DNA from: Polymyxa betae A26-41
Taxonomy: Eukaryota; Protista; Endomyxa: Phytomyxea
Length of the DNA: 64,000 nucleotides
Direction of reading: 5' to 3'
Assembly (NCBI GenBank): GCA_003693705.1
Contig: RBZT01000127.1
Coordinates: forward strand, 1 to 64,000
Part shown: positions 34,034-48,360 of the stretch, in pieces
How positions within the stretch are numbered: position 1 is the first letter of the stretch
How the letters are laid out: the number at the start of each line of letters is the position of its first letter
Notes under the pieces: model-generated
The model's database searches: none
What the model was told of the DNA's origin: nothing
What the model saw: only the letters and a program-made list of their open reading frames with translations
Made by a program: the position numbers and the translations under genes

Positions 34034-35049
34034 ATGTCGGTCCAAATCACCAATGGAGTCCCACCTGAAAGCGTTGCTCTATCTCAAGAAGACCTGCAAG
34101 TTGAAACCCTCGTTTGCTATGGCTGCGGAGAGATCTGATCTGTCATTCAGTTCCTTGAAAAGCTCGAAAAAGAGTTTGCCAATGATATGCCTATTCAGCA
34201 AGATATGCTGATTCGATTCGTTCGGGGATATGCTAATGAAAAAACTCGCTGGGAAACCACTGTGCAAAAGTTGAAAGAAACGCTGGAATGGCGCAAGGCG
34301 AACAATGTCGATAAAATTCTCTCAGCTCCACTCGAAAACGAAGCGAAATATTTTGAAATGTGGCCTCATGATTTCCATGGATTCTCTAAAAGCGGTCATC
34401 CGGTTTATTACGAGTCATCGTGTGCATCGGACCCTAGTAAGCTCCTGGAAGCTTTCTCGGTTGAAGACCAGCAGAGATTTCATATTCAGATGATGGAGAT
34501 GCTAAATTTAATCAAACTAAAACGTCAACGAGACACTGGCTTTAGAACTTATAAAGCCATCGTTGTCATGGATTTATCAGGCCTGTCCAGACAACGTCAG
34601 TAATCATTTTCAAATCACATTTCATTGGGTTTTTTCATGGCTGAGAGTTTCATTGTATCCTATTGATATAATTTTGCTTTACAGATATGAGCTCCCAATT
34701 TACTGGGCCGATTAAGGCTCAGATTAACATCGATCAGTACTATTATCCAGAGTCTTTGCAGACTCTGTTCATCATTAACGCTCCGTTTGTGTTCCGAATG
34801 CTTTGGGGCATGATCAAGCCCTGGCTACATCCTCTAACAGCAGCCAGGATCCAGATTCTGGGCTCCGATTATCTGAAGCAATTACAAGAAGTAATTGATG
34901 TGGACCAAATTCCAAGATACCATGGAGGGTCTTGCAGCTGCTGTCCAGCTGATAAATCGCTTTCAGATCTTGCATCTGCCAAGTATCAATGTTTTGCCCA
35001 ATTGCGGCAGGAATTGGTGGCATCTGAAGGCGATCAGCAGCAGTCGTAA
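34034..35049 (+). CDS. CRAL-TRIO/Sec14-like lipid-binding protein (multi-exon)
   Basis: LIRFVRG, TLEWRK, GHPVY, VMDLSGL, YYPESL..FIINAP..F...W..IKPWL. Confidence 0.9.
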
Positions 35050-35109
35050 AGACGTCTTTTATTGTATACAAAATATTTTATCGAATTCTGATACCTTCTA
35101 TGTTTGGCT

Positions 35110-36075
35110 AGGTATCTAATCCATAGCATTTAGATAATTCTCTTAAGAAGCTTGCGAATATGTTATAGCATCAGGAACCTTCTCTATCCGGCTGGTTTTC
35201 CTTTAGTTTTCGATCAGAGTAGTGCAAGTTGCACCTGAATTCTGTTTGCTATTTATTGTAAGCTGTTAACTGTCAAGGTGTTAAGTGATCATTATTAGCA
35301 CCGTTTGTTTACAAAAACATTTGGTCGAGTGATATACAATAATACCAGATTAATATGCTTGATGCCAGCTTTATGACGTCACTGAATTCAACTCTCTAGC
35401 AAAACATTGCTTGTGATTGTTTCCTCAATCGTTCACAAAACATGGATTTGGTTGAATTTAAATTTAACACAGTTTGTAAAGCGGTTATAGCCCACTGGTG
35501 AGTTACTGATTTCTATAGCCAGATTGCAACAATCTCCAGAGCTTCTATCGAGTTCAAATCTCAATTTCAATTCAATGAGCGATTAGACAAAGTGATTATC
35601 TTAGAAATTAGAGCCCGAGAAACTGATAAAACATATTTGTAAACCCGACAGGCTGAGTCTTGTATTATTGAAATTGGGCTTCTTGGATACGACCTAAATT
35701 GCAGAGTTGGATGAAAGTATGATGCCAAAACAGTTTTGCTAATTAGCATAAGCACTACGACCATGTAATTAGAATGGAGACTGTAGCATTCCCAACTCCA
35801 ATGGACTGCAGCAACCTGACAATAGATTATCCATCCAGTACGATAATTTTACTAAAACATCGAGACTGAGAAATGATTTTACGACGTATAGTGGGTGAAC
35901 TCTCAAGGTGATGAGACAATATAACCTTAACATAGCATACACCGAATGAACAGCTTGCCACTCAAGCTTCTGTCTACTTCTCCAATAATCACAAGAATCT
36001 GGTAGAAATTTTTTTGAAATGAAACGAGTCACGAAAAAGTCCAAACGGCCCCATCAGCAAACTTGTTATAATGTG
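35110..36075 (-). CDS. Hypothetical multi-exon protein (boundaries uncertain)
   Basis: A series of short minus-strand ORFs fills the gap between Sec14 and WDR74. Confidence 0.3.
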
Positions 36076-36284
36076 CTAACCAAGATTTATTTAAATAAAC
36101 CGATATATCTGGCAGTCTTGGACAGTTAGTGACAAGTTCTGACAATCAATTAACAGCAGTATACCGGTAACCAGTATTGGAAGGAGAATTTTGGAATAAT
36201 TTCATAAATTTTTGATTAAGTGCGTGACGGTGTCCGTGATTTTGGATTTCATGGGAAATCTCTGCAACATTGCATTATTCAGCC

Positions 36285-37405
36285 ATGAGTAAGATAGTCT
36301 GTGGTACAAATACAGGTCTTATAAAGGGTATCATCTCTCTATTCATAAGTTATCTCCATTATATACTTATTTTCATTATTTAGTTGTTAATCTCAAATCG
36401 AAAACTGTCGAGTCAACATATGGAATCCAAGGCGTAAATCAATCCATTAGCAAACTACAAATATCTCATCAATGTCGACTAGCTATTGCAGCAAGAAAAT
36501 CAGGCACTGTCACAATCACATCGCTTGAAGATGGTACATTGACGAAATCGCTGGAATTTGGGTCTCGAGATCTGGTCGGTTTATCAGTATTGCATGACAA
36601 TAGAATTCTGTCCTGTGATGATATTGGCAATGTAAAGATTGCCAATATGGAATGTGATTCGATCATGACCAGCTGGAAGGTTGGTGATAGTATTCGAGGC
36701 TTCTCTTGCAATCTGGAACAATTTGCTTGTGGTGGTAAAGAGCAAGATCTCAAACTTTGGGATATATCTAATCAATCGATTATATTCCAAGGTAAGAATG
36801 TGCCTGTTGATAAATTATCTATGAGAAAGCCGATCTGTATCAATACGATCAGTATGCATAACGATAATCGCAATCTGATTGCTACTGGCACTGCCTATCA
36901 TGAAATTCGTCTATATGATACACGACGAGGTCGACGTCCTGTTAATGATGTTCAAGTTAGTGATAACGCCATCACTGCCATGACAATGGGTTCATCAGGT
37001 CAATCATACAATATATTCGCTGCTGATGCTGCTGGTATACTACAGCAATATGATCTGAGAAAGAATCTGTCGGTTGTTGGTCGATATCGAGGTCCTACTG
37101 CTTCTATCCGATCTATTCATGTACATGCTAATAATGGTCTAATGGCATCTCTTGGATTAGATCGTCACTTGTATGTTCATGATGTCTCTACTAGAACATT
37201 ATCTGCACGAATATATCTTAAACAGGCTCTCAATACTGTCTCATGGTATGATGGCATTAACACCTCCAGTACAGAACTAGACGGCCATGAAAGCAATGAT
37301 GATGATGATGATCTGTGGAATGATATGGAGAGCATAGATAATGACGATGATGATGATGACAATACGAGACTCAATAAACGGTCGAAACCAAGTGATGATG
37401 AATAA
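36285..37405 (+). CDS. WDR74: WD40 ribosome biogenesis factor WDR74/Nsa1 (2 exons)
   Basis: GTNTGLIK, ACGGKEQDLKLWD, KNVPVDKL, EIRLYDTR.GRRPV, GLDRHLYVHD, IYLKQ, acidic tail. Confidence 0.9.
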
Positions 37406-37431
37406 ATGATAATATTAATAGATGATTGGAA

Positions 37432-40400
37432 TCACTGGTTATATAGCTGATTAGATATAATATTCCTGGCCTGATTAACAGCTACACGAACACGTTCATT
37501 ACCATCAGCTGTATATTCCGATATTAGAGATTGCATAGCATTGATTAGTTGCAGATTATCACTTCGTACTAGATCAAGTTCACGTTGTAATTGTTTCATT
37601 TCAGATAGATGAACCTGATTAGTATCATCATCATCAACGGATTCGGCAATCATCATTCGGAACTGCAACTGAGCATATCTAAGATCTTTCTCCAATTGTT
37701 CGATATGTTGTCGTGATGTCTGAATCACAGAATCTCTATCGGATAATATGGAATACATCTTTGACAATTCTGAATTCAATCGATCTCTAGTATTCTCAGC
37801 ATCCTGTAATTGAACCTGCAACGTTTGCATCTGGTTCATTTCAGTGTGCGCCAATCGTCTCGATCTATAAGTTTTTAATGGAATAATATCATCTTGGTCA
37901 TTATCATGTTGTGAATCTGCTAATGTCTGCTCTAAATGTCGGATACGTTGCTGTGCAGATATAGTTTGTGTACGTATGCGATGAAACTGTTTGCAGTTGT
38001 ATAGAGCAGTAGAGATGCGACTAGAGAGAATTTCCAGTCTGTTGATATGATCGGGAGTCCATCTTCTTCCATCAATATTATTATACTGACAGATCTATAA
38101 TATACCCAACTTCAATGACATGTAATATATTGAGACAATGTGATTCTGACCTCAACTACCCCAATAATACGCTGTTGATGGTCATAGACCGGTACAGCCA
38201 TAATTGACATTATATTGCATGATGTATACCAGGACAGATTACTGAGACCCAGATTCAGATTCTGTAACTCCACATTCGATAATATTGTATCATTCCAAGG
38301 ATTAAACAGAAGCAATGATCGACCAAGACGTTGCACTATTCCTACGACACTATTTTGTGATGGTAGACGAATACTTCCAGGTACGACTTCGAATATGCTC
38401 AATACTACCATTAGAGAGCATATGATGTTCTTTACCTGATATTGCATCAGCCATATTACTGAATAGATCATTATGTTCACTATCATAGAGAAATAAATGT
38501 GCACGATCAGCTACAAAGGCTTTGGCTATGAACATGTGCACAGCTTGGAACCTACACAGATGTTAGGTGTAATAACGAATATATATAGATATGGTTAATA
38601 CAATTGTGATAGCTGTACAATACCAATTATGGCACTACAGAACTGCACAATCTCATTCAACGAATGAATAGAGTCTTGATGCATTCGTATCTGATCATTG
38701 CTCAATGACAGCGCATCCCGAACTCCTCCTAATTGTTCAGCAGATTTAACTGCTTCCTGCTCCCATTTACTGCACAGCCGATTGCTCTGTATGAATAAAT
38801 GAACATAGAATCTAATTTCAAACGGCTTTGCTGTGAATACCTGCATAATTAAAGACAGGAAGGCAGCAATGGATGTGAGATAATCAGCTTCAGTAATATA
38901 TGGCTGATTCTGATCACATGGTTTAATATTAACTAATTGTAATAGACCAGATACACATGCTGATGATAGATCAATAATAGGTATAATTATGGTAGATTGT
39001 AATGTCTCTAACATCCATTGATCTGGAAATTCCGAATATCTCTCATCAACACTAACACATGGTATAATCTGTAATGAAGCTGATGATACAGCAGTACCCA
39101 GGAGACCTTGACGAGCACCAAAATGAACATCGTCATTTTGCCTGCCAGTTGCCAAGGACATGTCTGTGTAAATGAGATGGAATCTCAGATCATCAGAAAG
39201 CAGAAATAATGCAGCACCACGAAATTCGAACCGTCGATGTAGCAATGAGATGAGATCCCGGCCGATCTGAAGACAACGATCGGGTCTATCCAGACGCCAT
39301 GTACCAGCTCGTCCTAATAGCTGTAACTCCAACGATCTACATGATTCTATGCATACTGTTAAATTCACCAACATCTGTAAAAATCAATAGCTGACCTGAT
39401 CTATCATCGATATGAGCTTCACGATAATCTTCAGGAAGTTGGTGTTGTATAGAAAGGGTCATGATTACATCAGCAATAAGTTCAGCAAACTGCGATTGTT
39501 TGGGTGAGAAAGGCGATCCAGATTCATATCGAACACATCGAAGAAGACCCAGAGCAAGATCCTGATTAGGATCTTTGAGCGGTATATATAGTATAGAGGA
39601 CAGATTCTCTGTCGAATACTGGCCCATTGCATCAGAATCGGGATTGTATCGTGGATCAGTGCTGATATCCACAACCATATATGACGATTTAGTAGATAGA
39701 ACCCAGGACATAATACTACCAGCACCCACGATAGTCTTCTCAGTGAACGATTTCTCATCAACTGACCACATTATTAGATAAAAGATTGGAGACGTGTGAC
39801 ATTATTATGAACCTGGATATTGAAGTGAATTAGGTTGATGATGCTTAAATATAGTAACTGAATCAGCCTGCATTAATCTGCACCATGATGATTGTAACAT
39901 ACACATCTGTTCAGCAGTAATATTAAAACAAGATCCATTCAGCTTCAACACGAATGTCAATAGATCTCGCAATGCCTGCTGTCGACCTTTAAACTCATCT
40001 ATCTCGTTACTTAACTAGATTATAGAAATTAGAAGATTACCAATGTCTCATGGCCACAATCTTTACCTGATCTATTTTAGCATTGGCATTATTCAATTGA
40101 TCAGTCAGATAACGAATATTAAATAGATGATTGACCAGATTGCCATAGATGCTGCCGCATAACAGCTCCAGATCATCAAATCTGGGGCTGCGACGTATGA
40201 TCTGAACCAATAGATGACCGTACTGGCTCGGAATCCACATGGCCGCCATCCCCTGATGGGATCGCGATACAGCCGACATGACCATACCGCTCTGCATTGC
40301 TTGATGGGCAGATTGTGTGAGGTCATGATCAAGACCAGATGTTAGCTCATCTATAGATGTAATACGAGCCCAATCAGCCAAGATATTGAAACCATCATAG

Positions 40401-43400
40401 CTAATGGCCATGGAGGCGAATATATCACGTAGAGTAACCTCAAGCCGGGTTGTAGCTGTACTCGATATTGAGCCGCGCCAATCGTTCTGAATGGCTTTGA
40501 GAACTTTCTGGGCATGATCTAGTTCTGTTCGAGCTCTTTTACCATTCTCTACAGCCTCATTATATTGCGATCTCAGCTGAGATTCAGATTCTTTCCATCG
40601 GTCTGCGACATGACCAGATTCCACAATTATGGTGGCAATCTGGGCCAGTATTTCCAGGCATCGTACGTGGCACTTGTTAGGAGATTGCAAGCCTGTCTTG
40701 GTTACAATTAAGATACCTGATCCCAGTGTTACTGCCGTGGAGATAAATGTTTGTGATAGAAGTGGGTATTGGCAAAGAGTTGAGTCGTTATGATGGCAAT
40801 GATCATTGGTAACTGTTGACGACACTAACAATTGTGCTAGATCATGATCCAGAATTTGAACGCCTTCCAATAATAAGGTATTGTCAGTAATAATCGGAAT
40901 GTATCGGCCTTGATTGTACTGGATCAGATTTGCAAATTTATCCATTATTGAATGGAGAGCTGTATGACCACCAGATCTCAGCTGCTGAATGGCTTCATTA
41001 TGAATCCAGTTCATCACTGAGAAAAAGTCTGATAGAAATGTGTTCTCGTGACGGCATTGTTGTAATGCTTGTGTAGAGATGTTCATGGATTGTGACATTT
41101 GATCCATATTATGACGTAGAAGTAGAGCAGATGCTGCTGATCTGGACACATAATCGCAGAACTCAATCTGTGATATATTCCATGCATTACTGCTAAATAT
41201 CAACAGCAAATAATCACTGAAAAGTCCTGAACGCAATACAAAATTTGATTGCAACTGATGGTCAACATCTTGAGCACAAATTCGAAGTAGGTCAATAGCA
41301 ACATCAGTGGGTACAGAGACTGTTCGATTAGTTGGTGTCAGGTTCAGGATTCGCTCATCAACGTCGTTCTTTGACATCAAACGAACTTGACATGGTATGA
41401 GAAGCTCCTGGACGGTACCAAGGAATCTCTCGAATGACATAGCATTGTCAAATACATCCATAGTTAAATGAAGTAATCGCTGAAAGGAGCAGGACTTAGA
41501 ATTAGCCTGGGCCAGTGTTTCATTGGCTTCAGAAAGCTCAGCTTGTTGTGTATCAAGTTGAACTAATAATGAGGACACTTGGATCAGATACTGTATCCAT
41601 AATCCTAATATTGAACAAAATAATCGCGCTTGATCGTTATTCACAGATTGATCGGTCTCTGGTCCTACAGCAAGACATACGCCCAAAACATTATGTTCAC
41701 TATCTAGTATTGGTAAACCAATCACTGATTTCTTATCCCTAATTAATCACATCTCACACACAATCAGACACATAATATCCAATATTTCAATTACCCATCG
41801 GCAATGGTCGAGCTGGGCCAGATTGATCGCAGATCTTTGAATTGGACCCGACTTTCGGTAATGTCCTTAGACGAGCAGGTCTGCTCCAGGACTTCTGATA
41901 GATCTGTGCAGCATGTATTACGAAATTGGTTACTTTGAGTCATATCCCGGTTACCTGAATTCAGTTCTATCATTGATGTTAAGGTTCTTAAATCAGTATA
42001 TTTCAGTAATTTTTCTGTGCCAAAAACGAAGAACTGTTCCAATCCACTAAGGGATTTCCAAAATATCAGGCCGCTTTCCTCCAACATCTCACGAATATTC
42101 ATAGATAGGCCTGGGGATATCTTCCAAATCGTCTCCACAAACCTGGAAGCTAACGATGCTGCTTCACCCAATTGTAACGCTCTTTTACTGATTTTTGTCA
42201 AACGTGACACCTGGGCTGATAACAAAACCTGCATTCGTTGACGGCTCTGACGTTCAGTCTGAGCCAGCTTAATAGCGGGTTCCAATCTATATGGATTGGG
42301 TGAGTATTGCCAAGGTTCGGTGAAATGAGTTGGTCCTCTACCGATCCTGGAGTTTCAGTGAGCTTCGATAAGATCGAACCATATCGAGTAGAATATTAGA
42401 GACACTCTCGAGGAACTTTTGGTCGCTGCTTGAGAATCGAGATCGATTCCCTGTCTCCAGATCACATTTATTGCACACACGAATAACGCCCAATACTCCC
42501 TGGTTGATAACAGTTCAAACCTGAAATATTGTTGTGCTAATCACCATGAGCTGACCTCTTTATCGGTACCAATTGCCGACATCAGCAATGATCGTGGTTT
42601 GGGAGATGATTTCAACCCGTATGGAATTCCATCATATTCCTCATTGTATGCATCGGGTACGTCATCTTCATGATAGAAAGCCGACATCCTGTTTATACTG
42701 CCCTCAAAAAATCATCATGGTTTAGAGTTTGTCATACCTGGAAACTGCCACCTGCGTCAACAAACACACCTCATCGATTGGACATCGCACTGTCTTCAAA
42801 CTTCCGGTCGTACTGGACTCCGGCCCCGATGTCCACAGGTATGTGCATGTTTGATCGAACAGCCAGAGTTGGGCACATTCCGCACCCAGAAATTTGGCCT
42901 AACCATGTTTCGAATTAGGTTTGCAATTTCGTCAAAAGAGCGCTATTACCAAAGGACACGTATCAGGCCCGAAAACGTTATGCAATCCTTTAGACAAGGT
43001 AACAGTTCGTGCACATTCAATTAATGAATTTGCCATCTGTAGCTGGGTCTGTAATCGTCCCAGCTCTTTACATTCATGTGTACTCTTCTGAGTTAATTCT
43101 ATTAATTTCCATTGATAAGCCATCAGCATATTGAGACGTGCAGAGACTGCTTTCATGCCCCAGAGCTCCACTCGACTAAATTCCTTCCCCTTTCCAATAT
43201 AAGCGCATAACTGTCCCCTCCATCCAGCATTTTCAGCTGAATCCAGATCCTCATTTAAGGCCGGAGACATTGAGAAATCTGCACGAGAATAAGTAAGCGA
43301 ACCGGGCTATCCAACATTGTTCTGACGTGATATTGGTGAGGAATTGCTGATTGTTTCGGAATCAGGAAGCCAGCGATACCACATTTTCCCAATGCGAATC

Positions 43401-46400
43401 TGTTGATATATTTTAGTAAAATCCTGCACATCATAATGATCTGACCTGAAACATATCAGTCTGCGTAATAATAACAGACAGGGCAATGAGGGCGCCTTCC
43501 GCCACAGCTCGAACAGCGGTAGGTTCATCAACAGGGTTAATCAGATCAGTTTTAACAGCCAATGCATTCATAATGCGAATCATCTCTTCATTCTCTGCTT
43601 CAAGCTGTGCTAATTGTTCAGATGGTCCACTGGTTGACGATATATTCAGATCTTCAGAATGTTTCAGGGACGGTCTAGATCTTGGTGTAACAGGTTCACT
43701 GTTAACAACAATCTCAGACTCCATTGAAAAGATTTTCTTTCGGGTAGGTCGACGAGAACCGGCGCGACTGGACCTATGTGAAGATATTGTCGATGTGACC
43801 GATGGCGATCGCGATGGTGATCTCATAACGGCTGCGACCGTGACCGGCTCGGTTGCAGTGGCATTCAAAGATCGTCCGGAATCCCCAGAGCCGTACGATT
43901 GCGATTCTTCAGCGATATCAGAAATGCTATCGCTGGGACCGAATATGCTCTGCAGGTTGAGATTCTTCATATCTAACGATGAGATAACACGTTCATGAAG
44001 ACGTCGGGGTCGGGGAGGTGATAGAGGCAGTTCATCTTGCACGTCAGGCACTATCTTGGGTAGAACATATTCAATCTCACCGCCCATGAACTCGATCGTA
44101 TCAGCGCTATCATCGGTTTCGATAATCAATGCTGCCATCACTTCGTTCACTTCTTCGATATCGCGACCTTCACCTGAACGTGATAATCGTCGAAATGACG
44201 ACCTTTTCAGTAGCGGTGAATTGATCTCTGACTTGGCCAATGGTAACGAGACTGGTTTTGTATCCAGATTGTTGATTAAAACATGTCGAGTTGTTCGCTT
44301 ATTGTCAGCGCTCTCCGAATCGGAATTACCAGTGGCTGTTGCTTCCAATAAATTCGAGACCGATCCGGCATGAAGCAGAGCAAAGCTTTTGATTCGTGCT
44401 TCAGCCGAAGTTGAACGGGTAATGCTGGGTCCGGCATCATCTTGTTCAGTATCGCTATTAAATTCTGTCGACATCCAATCCCTCCATGCTGAGACCGGCT
44501 CTGACGATGATCCTGTTAGATCCACGTTCATACGTCCGGCGAATGATTCGATCATATTGGCATCAATCTGGTCACCGTTTGTCAACGATGACGATCGGGA
44601 TAAACGAACATCGTCATCAGATAGCATAATAGTGGAATTAACCCGAACCGCAGAAGGTGGTTTATGGACTTCTTCCATGGGTATCACTGCTGTCTGATTA
44701 GATTCAATCGGTTGCGGTTCGTCGTCAACAGGTCGATGGCGCATTGTCGCTGATGCATTAAACTGGTTGTGTTTTCGATCGAGAAACGACCCGCACATGT
44801 TGGCAAATATTGATAGAATTACAGAGAAGTGGTTGGCGAATTTTGTGGCTTCTACGCCGGCAAATACAACGGCAATAACTCTGCCCAGATTATCCAACCT
44901 AAGGTGACACCAACACGTCAATAACGGTACATCCTAACCAAATCATATAACACGATCTTACAATGGAGTGCAGGTGACTAAAAGAGGGTAGGCTACTTTA
45001 GCTACATGAACGTTATTTCGTATAGTGATACATCGGGAATCAATCGTCTGTTTAGCGAGACGTCTAAATGCAGGCGAATGTGAGATCTTATCAACTCTTT
45101 CAAGGCGATATGGTAACAAATGTCGCGGCATGACAGAAGCAATGGCAACCAGCTCAGCATCGAGCGCATCACGTAGCGCTGCTGCCACCTTTGTAGAGAA
45201 ATTACTTGGGTAAAGGTCGCCAGACTCACCATCGAACAACTTCGTAATTAGTTCGCAACCATTAACCTGGGCTTTATATCGATCACGGTCAAGAGTGATA
45301 GTAGAAAGATCCTTTTCAAATCCTTCGAATTGATCTCGTACACGACGTTCACGACGTAATGCGGTACATAGCCTTCTGCAAAATAGCTTTACCATCTCTA
45401 GATCTGTGCTGGTAAATTGTTGTCCATCATTCTTTCCGATCAATTCCACGACTCCATAATCAATAGATTCGCCGTCTGCATTTGTATCAAATGCTGGGAC
45501 ACATAACAGTGATGAACAACGGCGATAATCGAAATCGGCTGGAACATCGATTTCTGGATCGAATTCGTGATGATTCAGCAGAGCGTCATTAAGCATAGTA
45601 TGCTGTCTTCTAATCTGAACAGAGCCAACAATCCCAAATCCCAGCTTCTTTCGGTGTTCACTAGCAGCATTCGCATGGTCCCCGCTAAAACATATCAACT
45701 CTTTGCTCTCCTCAGAGATGAGCCATATTCGACAGACTTGGCATTTGAGTGCAGATTGTAATTGGGTCTGAGCCCAGGATAATACTGAAGAGTTTCGGGC
45801 TCTCTCTGATTCTATATTGCTGACAATCGTGATCATATTCAAAAGTATTTCGCAGCGTTCAGCACTGGATGCTTCTTTCTCTTTGAGGTTTAAAGAGTTT
45901 AAACGGAGTCGTAAAACATCAGCGGCAAGTTTGGCAGAATCGATTTGAGAGGAAGTGGAAACCCCTTCCAGATAGAGAGCATTTTTTGCAGTATCGCCAT
46001 TTTCAAGTATTGGGTAGCAGGCAAATGAGTCTCTCCTGATGGTTTTCTTGAGATTGGCACTTTCTTGAACAATCTCTGGACAGGTTCGTATCTTCTTTGA
46101 TGATGTATCAAGAAGAGTAGCTGCTGTGCATGGAATAGAAGAGGATATAATACTCTCTAATCCTTTTTCTGATACTTTTGGTGACCAATCGCAGAGATAT
46201 TGTACCATATTAGAAAGGGACCCGATTTGCTTCTGATGTTCCTCATTTGATTGTGACATGATTTCATGACGAACGGTCAGTAATCTTTCCTCAAATGCCT
46301 TCTGCGATGAGGCAATCTGCATCTCTAGATCATTAACGCGCTCTTTCAATGTTTGACTTTGCTGGGATTCCACCTTGAGATTCAACAATGCTTCTTGTAA

Positions 46401-46736
46401 ATCTAACTTCACAATCTCATTCTCCCTTCTTATCTTAGAATTTTCGGATTTTAAGCTTTCACTTTCGGCTTGTATTTCTTTAATCTCATTGGATTTAGCA
46501 ACATCTGTGCGATAAAGAGAGATGTCGGATCTGTTGATATTGGCGAACACAGCTTGATCAGGAATCACCGATGCTACCGACCCATTTGTAGGCGAAATAG
46601 AAATCGGGACATCATGTAAAATTTGCTTGATATCTGCATCGGTATCTTGAGTGATCTGTTCGGCGAGCCGAGAGAACATTGTCTTCCATTTGAGATCGTC
46701 GGCCTGGTCATCTGCCGACTCTGAATCGGTCTCCAT
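37432..46736 (-). CDS. Very large multi-GAF-domain, coiled-coil protein (many exons; could be two genes)
   Basis: At least five GAF-like units (GIVG.V..D...F.PEID..SLLCVP..GVVELI.K..F) separated by coiled coils and a Ser-rich linker. Confidence 0.7.
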
Positions 46737-47446
46737 TGACACTGTTGCACAGATATATGAAGCTATGAAGTCATGAAGTCATGCTATTATCTGCTGAAGA
46801 TATAAACAAGTTATAGTTGTATCTCAGGATTCTAGCCCTATATCAATAGTTAGGTCAACTTCACCTGTTATGTAACATTAAATACATACAAGTGCAATGT
46901 AAAGCAGCAGCCCAATCTCGAATAGGAATACCGGTACGGTCTGTTCAAGTCAGCAACAATTATTGTCAATGTACTGAGCAACCAACTTCATATCTGCTAT
47001 CCTCTGAACATGTTTTTACATCTGTTATTCTATCCCGGAATTAAATATTTGGTCGGAATCATATACACAGTATCTTGTCTTATCGAATTGTCGCAGTTAT
47101 GCGGGAGTTGGCATTTGGGTCAGCCTCAGACAGCATGAACGACCTGAGCTAGATCGTAAAACGATTCCGGACTACAGTTGTTATGATCAAGTAAGCCATA
47201 CGAATTAATGACCAACAGCAATGGTATTTCTGGTAAGAAGATGATATAGACAGACATTACATGGTATTGTTACAAGTGAAAAGTGACAGAGATGAGAGAT
47301 AAACTGGTGACTACTGACTAGGGTTTGTACTGTATTGTTACTGGTTAGATAGTACATGTGTATATAGACTAGCTATGTGTACACAACGAGTGGAACAGTA
47401 CAGGAATTCAAGTGGTGAGAAACCCTAATGGCAGTCAATGTGCGTC

Positions 47447-47497
47447 ACTGGACCAGCTCGTGACCAAGTCTAAATCATGGTCACGAGCTGGTCCAGT
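47447..47497. repeat. Perfect 20-bp inverted repeat with 11-nt loop
   Basis: ACTGGACCAGCTCGTGACCA / TGGTCACGAGCTGGTCCAGT. Confidence 0.95.
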
Positions 47498-47766
47498 AGT
47501 ACAGAGGTAGACATGCACTAGTTACTATTAGCATGCCATTTCAGATATTATTCATCATCATCTCTGACATATAGACACAGATATTCATATATATTAGGGG
47601 TTGGAATCCTGATCCTCTGGCTAATACCATGTACTAATTAGTTATTGTAGTAGAGTCGGCCCCGATCTATTCATCAATATCATCATCAGATCTCACGGTA
47701 CCTGATCAATATATTCAGAATTCTCATTCTGACACATCATCCATTTACTTACAAAATTAATATCAA

Positions 47767-48360
47767 ATGGCAACTGCAGATGATAGCCTTCTACTTAACA
47801 AATGGTTACTTCAACGTGTCTTCATACGCAAGGGCCGGTACGTCGGTCATCTGGGTCAGGTTGTTGGCTCTATCAATGGTCGTGTTCGGGTCCAGATTGG
47901 TGATGATATAGTTAATAAGCAGGAATGTCAATTAGAGCTATATGATGCATCACTACATTCATCAATGAATGATATTATACCTGGTATTAGTAAACCTATA
48001 CGTCCACCTACAAGATCATCACCAAGTCTTATTGGATCTCGAGTTCGAATATTGAATGGCAAATTTGGTGGTTATTGTGGCCTTGTTAGTAAAGGTGGTA
48101 ATGGATACTTTGCTGTACACATCGATACTGGTCTCAACAATTCTAATCCTTCATCAATTGTCATGAAACGCAGCTCTGAGCTGGTTATATTATCAAATAG
48201 TACATGCAAGGAGCAAGGAGAGACGATTACTATGACAAGTAATAATAATGAAGATGTACACAAGGCTGCTATTATATTACTTGATTTAATGCAATCAGAG
48301 ATCGGATCAAGGAAAAGATGTCGATCACCAGATCGATTTGAGACAATTGAGGGATTTTGA
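47767..48360 (+). CDS. Small protein with two KOW-like motifs
   Basis: RVFIRKGRYVGHLGQVV and GSRVRILNGKFGGYCGLV. Confidence 0.6.
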   Translation: MATADDSLLLNKWLLQRVFIRKGRYVGHLGQVVGSINGRVRVQIGDDIVNKQECQLELYDASLHSSMNDIIPGISKPIRPPTRSSPSLIGSRVRILNGKFGGYCGLVSKGGNGYFAVHIDTGLNNSNPSSIVMKRSSELVILSNSTCKEQGETITMTSNNNEDVHKAAIILLDLMQSEIGSRKRCRSPDRFETIEGF

